This document shows, piece by piece, positions 1 through 9,297 of a stretch of 64,000 bases of DNA; positions within the stretch are counted from its first letter, which is position 1, and every line of letters starts with the position of its first letter. This stretch comes from a virus. Below the pieces are notes generated by a model that was given only the letters and a program-made list of their open reading frames with translations, was not told the origin of the DNA and searched no databases. The stretch is taken from the IMG/VR virus record IMGVR_UViG_3300025889_000073, positions 1 through 64,000 of that record. One strand, given 5' to 3'. Made by a program: the position numbers and the translations under genes.

Positions 1-1
1 A

Positions 2-685
2 TGTGCAATTATGGGTTTTGTTATTGTACCAGCACAACCTTTTGGGTTTAATTACCTTGGCGGTAAATTACTTGCGGCAATCTGCACATCACACGAAGTT
101 CGGCAAATGATGGATGCGAAATATAAAATGACGACTTGCCTATTTGAGACTACCAGTTTATATGGTAGTTCTAAGGCAGTATCACAATATGACGGTATGA
201 AACCTCTGATTCGTTTCAAAGGACTAACTGATAGTGATTTTTTACCTATGTTGCATGGTAAAACTTATACAGACCTAAAAGAATATATTGAAGGAATTAT
301 TGGTGAACCACTTGCACCAGAGGGTGCTTCTAGTCGAAAACTAAAGATATCCAATGCGATGGTAAGCATCATTAAAGCATCATTAAAGAGTGATAAAGAC
401 GCTTTAAGCACGTTTAATGCGACATTAGAAAATGCCAAGAATTTGAATGAACATAAGAGGTATTTTGTTTCAGATTATGGTTTTAAAAACATGGTTGATT
501 TTGTAAACGGAAAGGATACAAAACTGGTACCAGGTGAAAACTATGAGAAACATAACCTAACTAATATTATTGAGTGGTGGCGCAAGAAGGCCATCAACCG
601 ATTTGAAACTTTGAAAACGGAGGGTCGAATTCGTAACGAACAAGAGGTTTGGACCAACGGAAAAGTGCTTGACATTATTCGGTAA
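2..685 (+). CDS. Conserved T4-like phage protein, DUF4338/DruA-like (5'-truncated at window edge)
   Basis: Frame is open from base 2; motif QPFGFNYLGGKLLA...ETTSLYG is typical of this family. Confidence 0.6.
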   Translation, partial: CAIMGFVIVPAQPFGFNYLGGKLLAAICTSHEVRQMMDAKYKMTTCLFETTSLYGSSKAVSQYDGMKPLIRFKGLTDSDFLPMLHGKTYTDLKEYIEGIIGEPLAPEGASSRKLKISNAMVSIIKASLKSDKDALSTFNATLENAKNLNEHKRYFVSDYGFKNMVDFVNGKDTKLVPGENYEKHNLTNIIEWWRKKAINRFETLKTEGRIRNEQEVWTNGKVLDIIR

Positions 686-716
686 ATATGTAGGATAAAT
701 ACTCCATTAAATTGGA

Positions 717-1844
717 GTGCCTATGGCAAATATCAAATCTGTCAAATCTGATGCAAGCACAAACAGAAATGAACAAACACAACAGTCTGGCGCTGGCGCT
801 GAGCTAACAGCTTTGGCTGAATCATTGCAGGCCTATGCTTGTGCTACAAGACAACATCTTGGTAAAGATTTGACGGACATTTCTCAAGTCACCGCTAAAA
901 CAATTACTGATGCAGATTGTGATAGAACTTTGGCACAATGTATGAAAGGTATAAAAGATGAACAATGGTTTTATAGCATCGTAAAAACAGCCAATAAAAT
1001 TTTTCACGATGTTCCTGGTGTAAAATCTGGGAAAAAATACAAGTTTTATCGTGGCGGAACTCTTGTCGATTCAATTTATGATGCTTGGAGAGTACACAAA
1101 AAATCTAGTGGAATTACAGGCGATGATAAATGGAATCCTGCTGACATATGGATGATAAAAAAGAATCACACACATAAAACTAATTTTCCTTCATTGCAAG
1201 AATATAATGAGTATATGCACAATCTTTTTGCTAATGCACAATGTATTGGTATCTCTTTGAAGAAACTTGGAAAAGGTGATGAACCCCATTCAAAAATCTT
1301 TAATGCGGGTAAAGTAGAAACAGCCGATTTTACGGGAATAAAATTAGGCGAAAACATGACGGACTCTAAAGACATATACATCCAATACAAAAGTGACAAC
1401 AAAGCTGGAGAAGTTCAATTGAGAAACTTTTCTAGCCGGCCAGTTACATCATCTTGGCAAGGAGAAATCAAAGGTAAGGCTGCTGCAGGTGGTAAAATAG
1501 GTGGCGGTGTTATTTTTGAAGGCGCTCAATTAGTAGGGGTTCAAAAAGTTAAATTAAAATTACCGCAACAAACACCAATATTAAATCCATCAGAAAAAGA
1601 CTTTAAAGAGTTCGCTACTGCATTTAAGACCTTATCTGGTACAAGAAAGGCCGTGGGCGATTTAATTATAGAAGCTAAAGCTGGACACAGAAAAGATAAA
1701 ACTTGGTGGATGTCAAAATATATTGGAATCATGTTGGTGAATACTGTTAAGAATGAGGGCAAACTTAGCGATTTGTGTTCATATATTTACCAATATGCTT
1801 CATCGGCCACAAAGAATAGTTGTATTTTTATAAAGTATAGTTAA
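717..1844 (+). CDS. Hypothetical T4-like protein, possible PD-(D/E)xK nuclease-like fold
   Basis: 375 aa; DKWNPADIW...GISLKK motif; GGAG SD; late-promoter-like ATAAATA upstream. Confidence 0.45.
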   Translation: MPMANIKSVKSDASTNRNEQTQQSGAGAELTALAESLQAYACATRQHLGKDLTDISQVTAKTITDADCDRTLAQCMKGIKDEQWFYSIVKTANKIFHDVPGVKSGKKYKFYRGGTLVDSIYDAWRVHKKSSGITGDDKWNPADIWMIKKNHTHKTNFPSLQEYNEYMHNLFANAQCIGISLKKLGKGDEPHSKIFNAGKVETADFTGIKLGENMTDSKDIYIQYKSDNKAGEVQLRNFSSRPVTSSWQGEIKGKAAAGGKIGGGVIFEGAQLVGVQKVKLKLPQQTPILNPSEKDFKEFATAFKTLSGTRKAVGDLIIEAKAGHRKDKTWWMSKYIGIMLVNTVKNEGKLSDLCSYIYQYASSATKNSCIFIKYS

Positions 1845-1848
1845 ACAC

Positions 1849-1877
1849 TTGACAAACGAACTAATCTCTGTTATAAT
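1849..1877 (+). promoter_or_regulatory. sigma70-type promoter
   Basis: TTGACA-17 nt-TATAAT, consensus. Confidence 0.75.
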
Positions 1878-1904
1878 AACGGTAGAGAGTGAGAAAAAAA
1901 GCAA

Positions 1905-3134
1905 ATGAATTTCACACAATTTTTAACAGAATCTAAAGAAGGAAAGAACCTTCACCTAGAACACCTTGAGGACAATGTTCTCAATCGTGGAGTTATTGGT
2001 GCGAGGGAATCTATCAACTTTCTTCAAGCATTGAGAGATATGCTTGCAGGCAACTCACAGTCTAAATTGAATGTGACAACAAAGTGGGATGGTGCACCCG
2101 CAATCTTTGCTGGCATTAATCCAGAGAATGGTAAATTCTTTGTTGGTACAAAAGGTGTGTTCGCAAAGAACGCCAAACTAAACTACACAGATGCAGACAT
2201 TGACCAGAATCATCCTGGTTCTGGTCTGAATGACAAGTTGAAGATTGCACTTGCATTTCTTCCAAAACTTGGCATTAAAGGGGTTTTGCAAGGCGACATG
2301 ATGTTCACAAAAAGTGACTTAAAGAAAGAAAGAATAAATGGTGAAAAGTATTTAACTTTTCAACCTAATACGATTGTGTATGCGGTGCCAGAAGACACCA
2401 AGTTGGCAGATATGATTACTAGCGCTCAACTTGGAATTGTGTTCCATACTTCTTATTCAGGTAGAAAATTAGAAGATATGAAGGCTTCATTTAATATAGA
2501 TATTGGTCATCTACAGAGAACAAAGGATGTTTGGTTTCGAGATGCATCCTTTGTTGACGCTTCTGGCACCGCTACCTTTACAGAACAAGAGACTAAAGTT
2601 ATCACATCTCTACTTTCGTCAGCTGGTAGAACATTACAATCAATCAGTTCTTTGACCATGAATCGAATCGCAGCATCTGAAACCATACTAAATCAAATTA
2701 AAACATTTAATAACACAAAAGTTAGAGCAGGCCAAAAAATCACTAACACTAAACTTCACACAGCACAATTAATTAAGTATGTGGAAGATAAACTAAATAA
2801 GGAAATATTGGCTGCAAAAAGGGAAGAAACGAAAAGAAAAAGGCAGTTGGAAAAAAATGAAGTGCTTAGATTCTATCGTTCCAATTCTACACAACTACAA
2901 TTGATTTTTGACCTTATGAATTTAATTGTTGAATCTAAGAATATGGTGGTTAAAAAATTACAAGAAATGACACAGGTTACAGGAACATTTCTTAGAACGG
3001 ATAATGGATTTAAAGTTACAAATCCAGAAGGTTTCGTAGCAGTAGATAGACTAACTGGCGGCGCATTAAAACTTATTGACCGATTAGAGTTTGCTCATGC
3101 TAACTTTAATGCTCAGAAACAATGGGACAAATAA
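1905..3134 (+). CDS. Conserved T4-like protein (DUF6267-like) with ligase-like nucleotidyltransferase motifs
   Basis: HLEHLED; KWDG (motif I-like), PEGFVA (motif IV-like), LKLIDR (motif V-like); N-terminus MNFTQFLTE. Confidence 0.55.
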   Translation: MNFTQFLTESKEGKNLHLEHLEDNVLNRGVIGARESINFLQALRDMLAGNSQSKLNVTTKWDGAPAIFAGINPENGKFFVGTKGVFAKNAKLNYTDADIDQNHPGSGLNDKLKIALAFLPKLGIKGVLQGDMMFTKSDLKKERINGEKYLTFQPNTIVYAVPEDTKLADMITSAQLGIVFHTSYSGRKLEDMKASFNIDIGHLQRTKDVWFRDASFVDASGTATFTEQETKVITSLLSSAGRTLQSISSLTMNRIAASETILNQIKTFNNTKVRAGQKITNTKLHTAQLIKYVEDKLNKEILAAKREETKRKRQLEKNEVLRFYRSNSTQLQLIFDLMNLIVESKNMVVKKLQEMTQVTGTFLRTDNGFKVTNPEGFVAVDRLTGGALKLIDRLEFAHANFNAQKQWDK

Positions 3135-3410
3135 ATGGCAGCATACGACATTAATACAATTTTAAAAGAATATGGTGATAATGACTTTGGTTTTACCGCA
3201 GTTGACGAAGCTGAATATCAAGCAGTTATTGCTGAGAAAGACGAAACGGTTGAAGAATACAAAGAACGGTTGGCTCAAGTTGAAAAAATTATAATGCCAT
3301 TTCTGACGAATCTTTACAAAACTAGAGAACAACCTTACATACATTGGCCAAATCGTGGCACAGTTTTAGAAACACAAATGCAAAAGATTTTAACTTTAAC
3401 TAGAGGATAA
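3135..3410 (+). CDS. Hypothetical protein
   Basis: 91 aa, abuts both neighbours; DFGFTAVDE...YIHWPNR. Confidence 0.6.
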   Translation: MAAYDINTILKEYGDNDFGFTAVDEAEYQAVIAEKDETVEEYKERLAQVEKIIMPFLTNLYKTREQPYIHWPNRGTVLETQMQKILTLTRG

Positions 3411-3411
3411 A

Positions 3412-3798
3412 ATGGCATATTCCGAAAAAGTTTTAGACCATTACGAAAATCCTCGTAATGTTGGTTCTTTAGATAAATCAAGTCCAAATGTTGGAACTGG
3501 AATGGTTGGAGCACCTGCTTGTGGAGATGTAATGAAACTACAAATAAAAGTGGAAGAGGGAATCATCACAGATGCAAAATTCAAAACCTACGGCTGTGGA
3601 AGTGCGATTGCGTCAAGTTCGCTTGTTACTGAATGGGTCAAAGGACGGACAATTGACCAAGCGGCACAAATTAAGAATAGCGAGATTGCTATGGAACTCG
3701 CCCTTCCCCCTGTTAAAATTCATTGTTCAATACTTGCGGAAGAAGCGGTTAAAGCAGCAATCAAAGACTATGAATTGAAATGTGAGTGTTCAACATGA
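3412..3798 (+). CDS. iscU: Fe-S cluster scaffold IscU
   Basis: [50 protein letters not shown]. Confidence 0.96.
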   Translation: MAYSEKVLDHYENPRNVGSLDKSSPNVGTGMVGAPACGDVMKLQIKVEEGIITDAKFKTYGCGSAIASSSLVTEWVKGRTIDQAAQIKNSEIAMELALPPVKIHCSILAEEAVKAAIKDYELKCECST

Positions 3799-4106
3799 TT
3801 ACACTTACTGAATCCGCAAAAGAAAAAATAATGGATTTAATTGCAGAAGAAAACAATCCAGACATTAAAGTCCGTTTATTCATTCAAGGGGGTGGTTGTT
3901 CTGGATTTAACTATGGGTTTACTTTTGATGAAATTCAGAACGACGATGACTGGGAAATAGATGGTCTTTTGATTGATGCTTTGTCTATGCAATATCTTGA
4001 AGGTGCAACTATCAAATGGAAAAAAGAAATCATGGGTAGTAGTTTTGTAATTGAAAATCCAAATGCCGTACAAACTTGTGGTTGCGGCCAAAGCTTTACT
4101 GTGTAA
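3795..4106 (+). CDS. erpA: A-type Fe-S carrier (ErpA/IscA, HesB family)
   Basis: GGGCSGFNY and [15 protein letters not shown]; ATGA overlap with iscU stop. Confidence 0.9.
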   Translation: MITLTESAKEKIMDLIAEENNPDIKVRLFIQGGGCSGFNYGFTFDEIQNDDDWEIDGLLIDALSMQYLEGATIKWKKEIMGSSFVIENPNAVQTCGCGQSFTV

Positions 4107-4108
4107 CT

Positions 4109-4558
4109 ATGTTAAAACAAAAAGACGGTAAATGGGCATTAATGTCCAAGAAAACACAAAGACCTCTTGCTTACTATAAGGGTGAAGGTAAGCCATCTGA
4201 TGAATGGGTTAAAAAACAAGAAGCAAGAGTTCAATATTTTAAGCATATAGGTGAAGCTGCTTATCCTGGTAATGTTGGGTTTATGGAACTAATGAAGTTT
4301 CATTCGAAGGCAACGCCAGAACAAAAGAAACAGTTACAATCTCATATACAGAACAAGAAACATAAAGAGTTTCGTGATTTGATTCATACTGTAACTGGAG
4401 TTAGATTACATAAAAGTGTAAATGAGAAAATTGACCCAGACATTTTACCCAAATCTGGCGCTGGCCAAGATGGTACTGATGAATTAACTAAAACATATAT
4501 GAAAGATACACCAGGTCAAAACTATAAAAAATTTAGAGAATATATAGATAGTAAATAA
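4109..4558 (+). CDS. Hypothetical, probable head-associated protein
   Basis: ATG at 4109; GAGQDGTDELTKTY..DTPGQ motif; C-terminal KKFREY. Confidence 0.5.
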   Translation: MLKQKDGKWALMSKKTQRPLAYYKGEGKPSDEWVKKQEARVQYFKHIGEAAYPGNVGFMELMKFHSKATPEQKKQLQSHIQNKKHKEFRDLIHTVTGVRLHKSVNEKIDPDILPKSGAGQDGTDELTKTYMKDTPGQNYKKFREYIDSK

Positions 4559-4575
4559 AATTTTTGGAGATTGTT

Positions 4576-5433
4576 ATGAAAGACATTGTGATAGGTTGTA
4601 TAACCGGTTATGACTTTGACAAAATTAAACCGTGGGTTAATTCATTAGACACCTGTGGTTTTGATGGTGTAAAAGCCATGATTTGTTATGATATAGATTA
4701 TGAAACAGTTGAAGAATTGACCAAGAGAAAATATACAATTCTTGCTTTTAATCGTGATGAAGAAAATAAAAAGTTTTTTTATGGTAAAGAAAATTTCTCC
4801 ATTGTGGTTGATAGATTTTTACATTTATGGTATTTCCTCAAAAAGTTTGAAGGCGAATATCGGTATGTTGTTACTACCGATGTTAAAGATGTTATTTTCC
4901 AAACAGACCCAATTAAATGGTTAGAACAAAACATTGGTGATAAACAAATCAATGTTGCTTGTGAATCTATTCATTACAGAAATGAATCTTGGGGTAAAAA
5001 CAATCTAGTCAAATCTTTTGGACCATATTTGTACGAACATTGTGAAAAGAATTTAATTTACAATGCTGGCACAATATCTGGTAAGTTCGATACGATGTTA
5101 GATTTGTTTTTGAATGTTTTTATGTTGTGTCAAGGTACCACGCCTCACGTTGAGGGTGGAGGAGGTCCAGACCAGGCTGCATTGAATATACTTTTAAATA
5201 TGAATTCTTATAAAAATATTACCAATTTTGCAATGAGTGAGGATGGTTATGCTGCACAATTAGGTACAACAGGACCTCAGGTACAAGATAAATTCGGTGA
5301 ATTTTTGGTTGAAAAATGTCCAATATTGAAAGACGATTTAGTTTGTACGAGCGAAGGTGTTCCATTTAGTATCGTACATCAATATGATAGAGTACCTGAA
5401 TGGCGTGATATGATAGAAAAAAAATATGAATAG
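4576..5433 (+). CDS. Glycosyltransferase-like protein (GT-A fold)
   Basis: TDVKDVIFQ DxD-like motif, NAG, DQAALN, HQYDR; GGAG SD. Confidence 0.65.
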   Translation: MKDIVIGCITGYDFDKIKPWVNSLDTCGFDGVKAMICYDIDYETVEELTKRKYTILAFNRDEENKKFFYGKENFSIVVDRFLHLWYFLKKFEGEYRYVVTTDVKDVIFQTDPIKWLEQNIGDKQINVACESIHYRNESWGKNNLVKSFGPYLYEHCEKNLIYNAGTISGKFDTMLDLFLNVFMLCQGTTPHVEGGGGPDQAALNILLNMNSYKNITNFAMSEDGYAAQLGTTGPQVQDKFGEFLVEKCPILKDDLVCTSEGVPFSIVHQYDRVPEWRDMIEKKYE

Positions 5434-6208
5434 GCAAGGATATATTTTAATAGGTCTTGGTGAAAAATATGTCGAAGAAGCTGCGATGTGTGCCAAGTCT
5501 ATTAAAAAATTTGATAGTCGGCCAATAAATGTTTTAGTATTACCAGAACACACCGAATTGGCCAAAACCAAAGAAGTTTTTGATGATATCACAGAGTTCA
5601 AAGCTGTCTCGAAGTTCTACAAATATTGCCAACCAGGTTTCGAACAGTACGGCACTTATCCTAAAATAAATCTAATACACTATTGCCGTTATACCGAAAA
5701 CATTTTTGTTGACACGGACGTAATTTGTCAGTATAATCCAGATGAATTATGGAATTTTGCAAATAGTAGAAAAGAACCGATTATGATGATGGGTACTAAA
5801 GAAGACCATAATTGGCATTGGGGTTTTATTGATGAAGTTTCGGCCAAATTTGGTAAACCTGTTCCACACATACATGGCGGATTCTTATATTTCAGGAAAA
5901 CAGCATTTGAATTTTTTGAATTTTGTGATATGATTGCTTATCGTTATGATGAATTGGGTTGTAAACGTATGTTTAGGGGTGGAATGTGTGATGAAATAAT
6001 TTTTGCATTGGCTCATTCACATTTTAATTATTCACCTATAGAATTTGATGACCATCCAATGATGACATTTAATTATAGTGAAGAAATTAAACTACCATCC
6101 AAACTACAAACACACAACAACAGAGAATTGAAAGATTATATACCTTTTGTTCATATGTATGATAGGGATAAAATAAAACCTTTTTTTGAAAGAGTGATGA
6201 AACTTTGA
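5426..6208 (+). CDS. Glycosyltransferase, GT8-like
   Basis: IFVDTD DxD motif, HGGFLYF, DEIIF. Confidence 0.65.
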   Translation: MNRQGYILIGLGEKYVEEAAMCAKSIKKFDSRPINVLVLPEHTELAKTKEVFDDITEFKAVSKFYKYCQPGFEQYGTYPKINLIHYCRYTENIFVDTDVICQYNPDELWNFANSRKEPIMMMGTKEDHNWHWGFIDEVSAKFGKPVPHIHGGFLYFRKTAFEFFEFCDMIAYRYDELGCKRMFRGGMCDEIIFALAHSHFNYSPIEFDDHPMMTFNYSEEIKLPSKLQTHNNRELKDYIPFVHMYDRDKIKPFFERVMKL

Positions 6209-6930
6209 ATGTAATATTTTGTCCGGTTGGAATACCTATAGCCTTTCACGAAGCTTATGATTTAAATAATCATTGGAGATTTACTAAGCCAGAAAGGAAT
6301 TATCAAACCATTGTGTGTAACTACAATGATTTTGAAGTTGAAAAAAACACCTATGATATCATATTCAAAGATAAAGGTTTCAAGTGGGATTTAGTTAAAC
6401 ATTTTTTAGATACATTTGATTATCGTGACTATGAATACATAGGGTTTTGGGATGATGATTTAATTACTGACATTCAAAGTGTTAATCGTGGCCTTGAAAT
6501 TGCCAGTAATAACAACATTAAAATATGGCAATTATCCACATTAAGAGGTTCCGATTCTACACATAAGATTTTACACCAAGACGAAACATTGAAATACACA
6601 TTAACCAATTTTAATGAGGGTATGGGTACTTTTTTTCATTCTTCTTTAATTCCAAAACTATTAAAATTTTATGAGTTACATGAACCGAAAAGTGGTTATG
6701 GTTTAGATGTTATATTTTCTCCTATGATGAAAGAGAAAGCTGGTGTCATACATGAATGTTCTATGTTTCATCCAGGAAAAGAAAGTTATTATGATAAAGG
6801 TGCAGCTATGAGAGAGATGTATCATATAATGGGGTCAATTTATCCTAAATTTATGAAAGAGGTTTGGGATGAAGATGTAGGACCTTATCAAGATTCACAG
6901 AAAATTTACGAAATTGTTTTGAAAGTATAA
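6205..6930 (+). CDS. Glycosyltransferase-like protein (DUF707-like)
   Basis: YEYIGFWDDDL, SGYGLD motifs. Confidence 0.5.
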   Translation: MNVIFCPVGIPIAFHEAYDLNNHWRFTKPERNYQTIVCNYNDFEVEKNTYDIIFKDKGFKWDLVKHFLDTFDYRDYEYIGFWDDDLITDIQSVNRGLEIASNNNIKIWQLSTLRGSDSTHKILHQDETLKYTLTNFNEGMGTFFHSSLIPKLLKFYELHEPKSGYGLDVIFSPMMKEKAGVIHECSMFHPGKESYYDKGAAMREMYHIMGSIYPKFMKEVWDEDVGPYQDSQKIYEIVLKV

Positions 6931-6931
6931 A

Positions 6932-8050
6932 ATGGGACAAGTTATTAATATTAATAAACTAAAAAAGAAAAACGAATATGTGGTAGATAACCAAATTCGT
7001 GGTCGCAGTTATTCCAGTAATCATGCTAAATTGTTGAAGCATATGGACCGACTGATTGATTTGCAACAAGGCAAAAGGCCAAGACCGGTGATGTTTCATA
7101 TGTCACCATGTAATCCTTGTAACTTGACCTGTTCTTTCTGTTGTTTCGCCAATCGTGCAATGAAGGAGATGTTGACAGTAGACCAAATGAAATCTGCTAT
7201 CGACCAGTTCGTTGCATTAGGCGCAACAGGTATGGAATTTACTGGCGGTGGAGAACCAACACTACATCCAAAACTAGATGAAGTTATTGAATATGCTTAC
7301 AATAAAGGTTTGAAGATTGGTATTTGTACCAATGGTTCTAAACTGAAAAAAGTTAAGAATTGGCATATGATGAGTTGGGTTCGTCTTGGAATGTATTCTT
7401 GGGATGAAAAGAAACCTTATCCATATCACTTAGAAGTGTTTGAAGGTTTAGATATTCAAGTTACTGCGGCCTATGTTTGGGATGGTGCAACTGATACATC
7501 AACAAATCCAAATATCACCGGCAACTGGGATGATCCAAAAGCAAAACGTCTAGCATCAAATGAATATAAAGAAGAAAATTTTATGAAGATGTTGGCTTGG
7601 GTTGAAGAAAAGAAAATTCCTTGTCGTATTGCTTTCAATGCAATCAAAGACCCCAAAATTGTTCAACAAGATATTGAATCGATTAAAGTATTAATTGCTA
7701 AACATGAAGCTCAGCACGGCAAATTACAATATGCTTTCTTGTCAGACTTTAATTTTAAGGGTGAACGTAGAAACAATCATTGTTATATGCATGGTGTGAA
7801 ACCATGTGTCTTTACTGATGGTAATGTATATGTTTGTCCTTCAGCCGAACTGGCACCAGAAAACAACTATGCAGTAAATGATGAATTTAAGATTTGTGAT
7901 ATTGAAGGTATCACCGATTTTTACAACACCCAAGTCGGCGGGCCAGATAATTTTAGAAGACACCATGATTGTTCATTTTGCAAGTATGCTTATCAAAACG
8001 AATTGATTGATGATGTTTTAATGCCAACAACACATAATGAGTTTGCGTAA
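6932..8050 (+). CDS. Radical SAM enzyme with C-terminal SPASM/twitch-like Cys motifs
   Basis: CNLTCSFC (CxxxCxxC), TGGGEPTLHP, TNGS, DGNVYVC, CSFC. Confidence 0.9.
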   Translation: MGQVININKLKKKNEYVVDNQIRGRSYSSNHAKLLKHMDRLIDLQQGKRPRPVMFHMSPCNPCNLTCSFCCFANRAMKEMLTVDQMKSAIDQFVALGATGMEFTGGGEPTLHPKLDEVIEYAYNKGLKIGICTNGSKLKKVKNWHMMSWVRLGMYSWDEKKPYPYHLEVFEGLDIQVTAAYVWDGATDTSTNPNITGNWDDPKAKRLASNEYKEENFMKMLAWVEEKKIPCRIAFNAIKDPKIVQQDIESIKVLIAKHEAQHGKLQYAFLSDFNFKGERRNNHCYMHGVKPCVFTDGNVYVCPSAELAPENNYAVNDEFKICDIEGITDFYNTQVGGPDNFRRHHDCSFCKYAYQNELIDDVLMPTTHNEFA

Positions 8051-8664
8051 TGAAAAATTTATTTGATGAAAAATATTTTGAAGATGGCGTTCGTCATCGG
8101 GTAAGTGCTTATGAGAATTATAGGTGGATGCCAGAAAGAACTATTCGTGAGGCCTCATCTATAATTAATAACATTTCTTTCGATACAGTTTTAGATTTTG
8201 GTTGTGCCAAAGGATTCATGGTTTATGCAATGAGACTATTAGGCAAAGAAGCATATGGTGCCGATGTGTCTGAATATGCCGTGGCCAATTGCCATCCAAA
8301 AGTAAAAGATTATTTACAGGTCATTGAATCTGCTTCTGAATTGCCTGGTGGTTATGATTTAATTATTGCTAAAGATGTATTAGAACACATACCGCATGAA
8401 GTTATTCCAGAAGTTCTTTCTGAATTGAGAAGAAGGTGTAAAACCATATTCATTGCAGTACCGTTAGGTGATGGTAAAAGATTTAGGATTCGTGAATATG
8501 AAATGGATGTAACACATATCGTTAGAGAACCTGAGGAATGGTGGTTAAATACTATTGTTGATGCTGGTTTTAAAATTAAATTTTTTGATTATGAATTTGG
8601 CCATCTCAAAGAAAATTGGACTGAACCACATCCACATGGAAATGCATTTATTGTTGCGGAATAA
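8050..8664 (+). CDS. Class I SAM-dependent methyltransferase
   Basis: VLDFGCAKG, DVLEHI. Confidence 0.85.
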   Translation: MKNLFDEKYFEDGVRHRVSAYENYRWMPERTIREASSIINNISFDTVLDFGCAKGFMVYAMRLLGKEAYGADVSEYAVANCHPKVKDYLQVIESASELPGGYDLIIAKDVLEHIPHEVIPEVLSELRRRCKTIFIAVPLGDGKRFRIREYEMDVTHIVREPEEWWLNTIVDAGFKIKFFDYEFGHLKENWTEPHPHGNAFIVAE

Positions 8665-8672
8665 ATAAAACT

Positions 8673-9251
8673 ATGAAGATACAACACTTTTACACAAAAA
8701 TACATGGTCACTTCGACTTTCAAAAATTATATACTGAAATGGTAAATATTCATCCATCTGAATCACATTTTGTTGAAGTTGGAGTGTTTTACGGTAAAAG
8801 CGCTGCTTATATGGCGGTTGAAATAGCAAACAGCGGAAAAAATATTAAATTTGATGTGGTTGATACTTGGCGTGGTAGTCCAGAACACCAAAAAGGTGCT
8901 TGGGCTTATAGAGAAGATATGGTCAATGATACTGCATATGATGTATTTTTAAAAAACATGAAACCAGCTGAAGGATATTATAATCCAGTCAAACTAACAA
9001 GTGTTGAAGCTGCCAAATTATATGAAGATGGTAGTTTAGATTTTGTCTTTGTTGATGCTGCTCATGAATATGAATCGGTTAGAGATGATATTCAAGCTTG
9101 GTATCCAAAAGTTAAAATAGACGGATATATTGGAGGCCATGATTTCATTAAAAACAATACAAAAAATGGAGTTTATCAGGCCGTTTATGAAAGATTTGGA
9201 ACAGATTATGAAATATATGGTGTTTCTTGGTTACATAAAGTAAAATCTTAA
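8673..9251 (+). CDS. Class I SAM-dependent methyltransferase (Methyltransf_24-like)
   Basis: VEVGVFYGKS, DFVFVDAAHEYE, GGHD. Confidence 0.85.
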   Translation: MKIQHFYTKIHGHFDFQKLYTEMVNIHPSESHFVEVGVFYGKSAAYMAVEIANSGKNIKFDVVDTWRGSPEHQKGAWAYREDMVNDTAYDVFLKNMKPAEGYYNPVKLTSVEAAKLYEDGSLDFVFVDAAHEYESVRDDIQAWYPKVKIDGYIGGHDFIKNNTKNGVYQAVYERFGTDYEIYGVSWLHKVKS

Positions 9252-9255
9252 ATGA

Positions 9256-9263
9256 TATAAATA
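9256..9263 (+). promoter_or_regulatory. T4-type late promoter
   Basis: Exact TATAAATA upstream of the 9298 gene. Confidence 0.75.
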
Positions 9264-9297
9264 GAAGAAACAATAACTGCTGTAGAGGCGGACAAAA

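Noticed and set aside
2-685. Druantia defence system
   Set aside because: Only a DruA-like fragment; no DruE helicase or partner genes in the window
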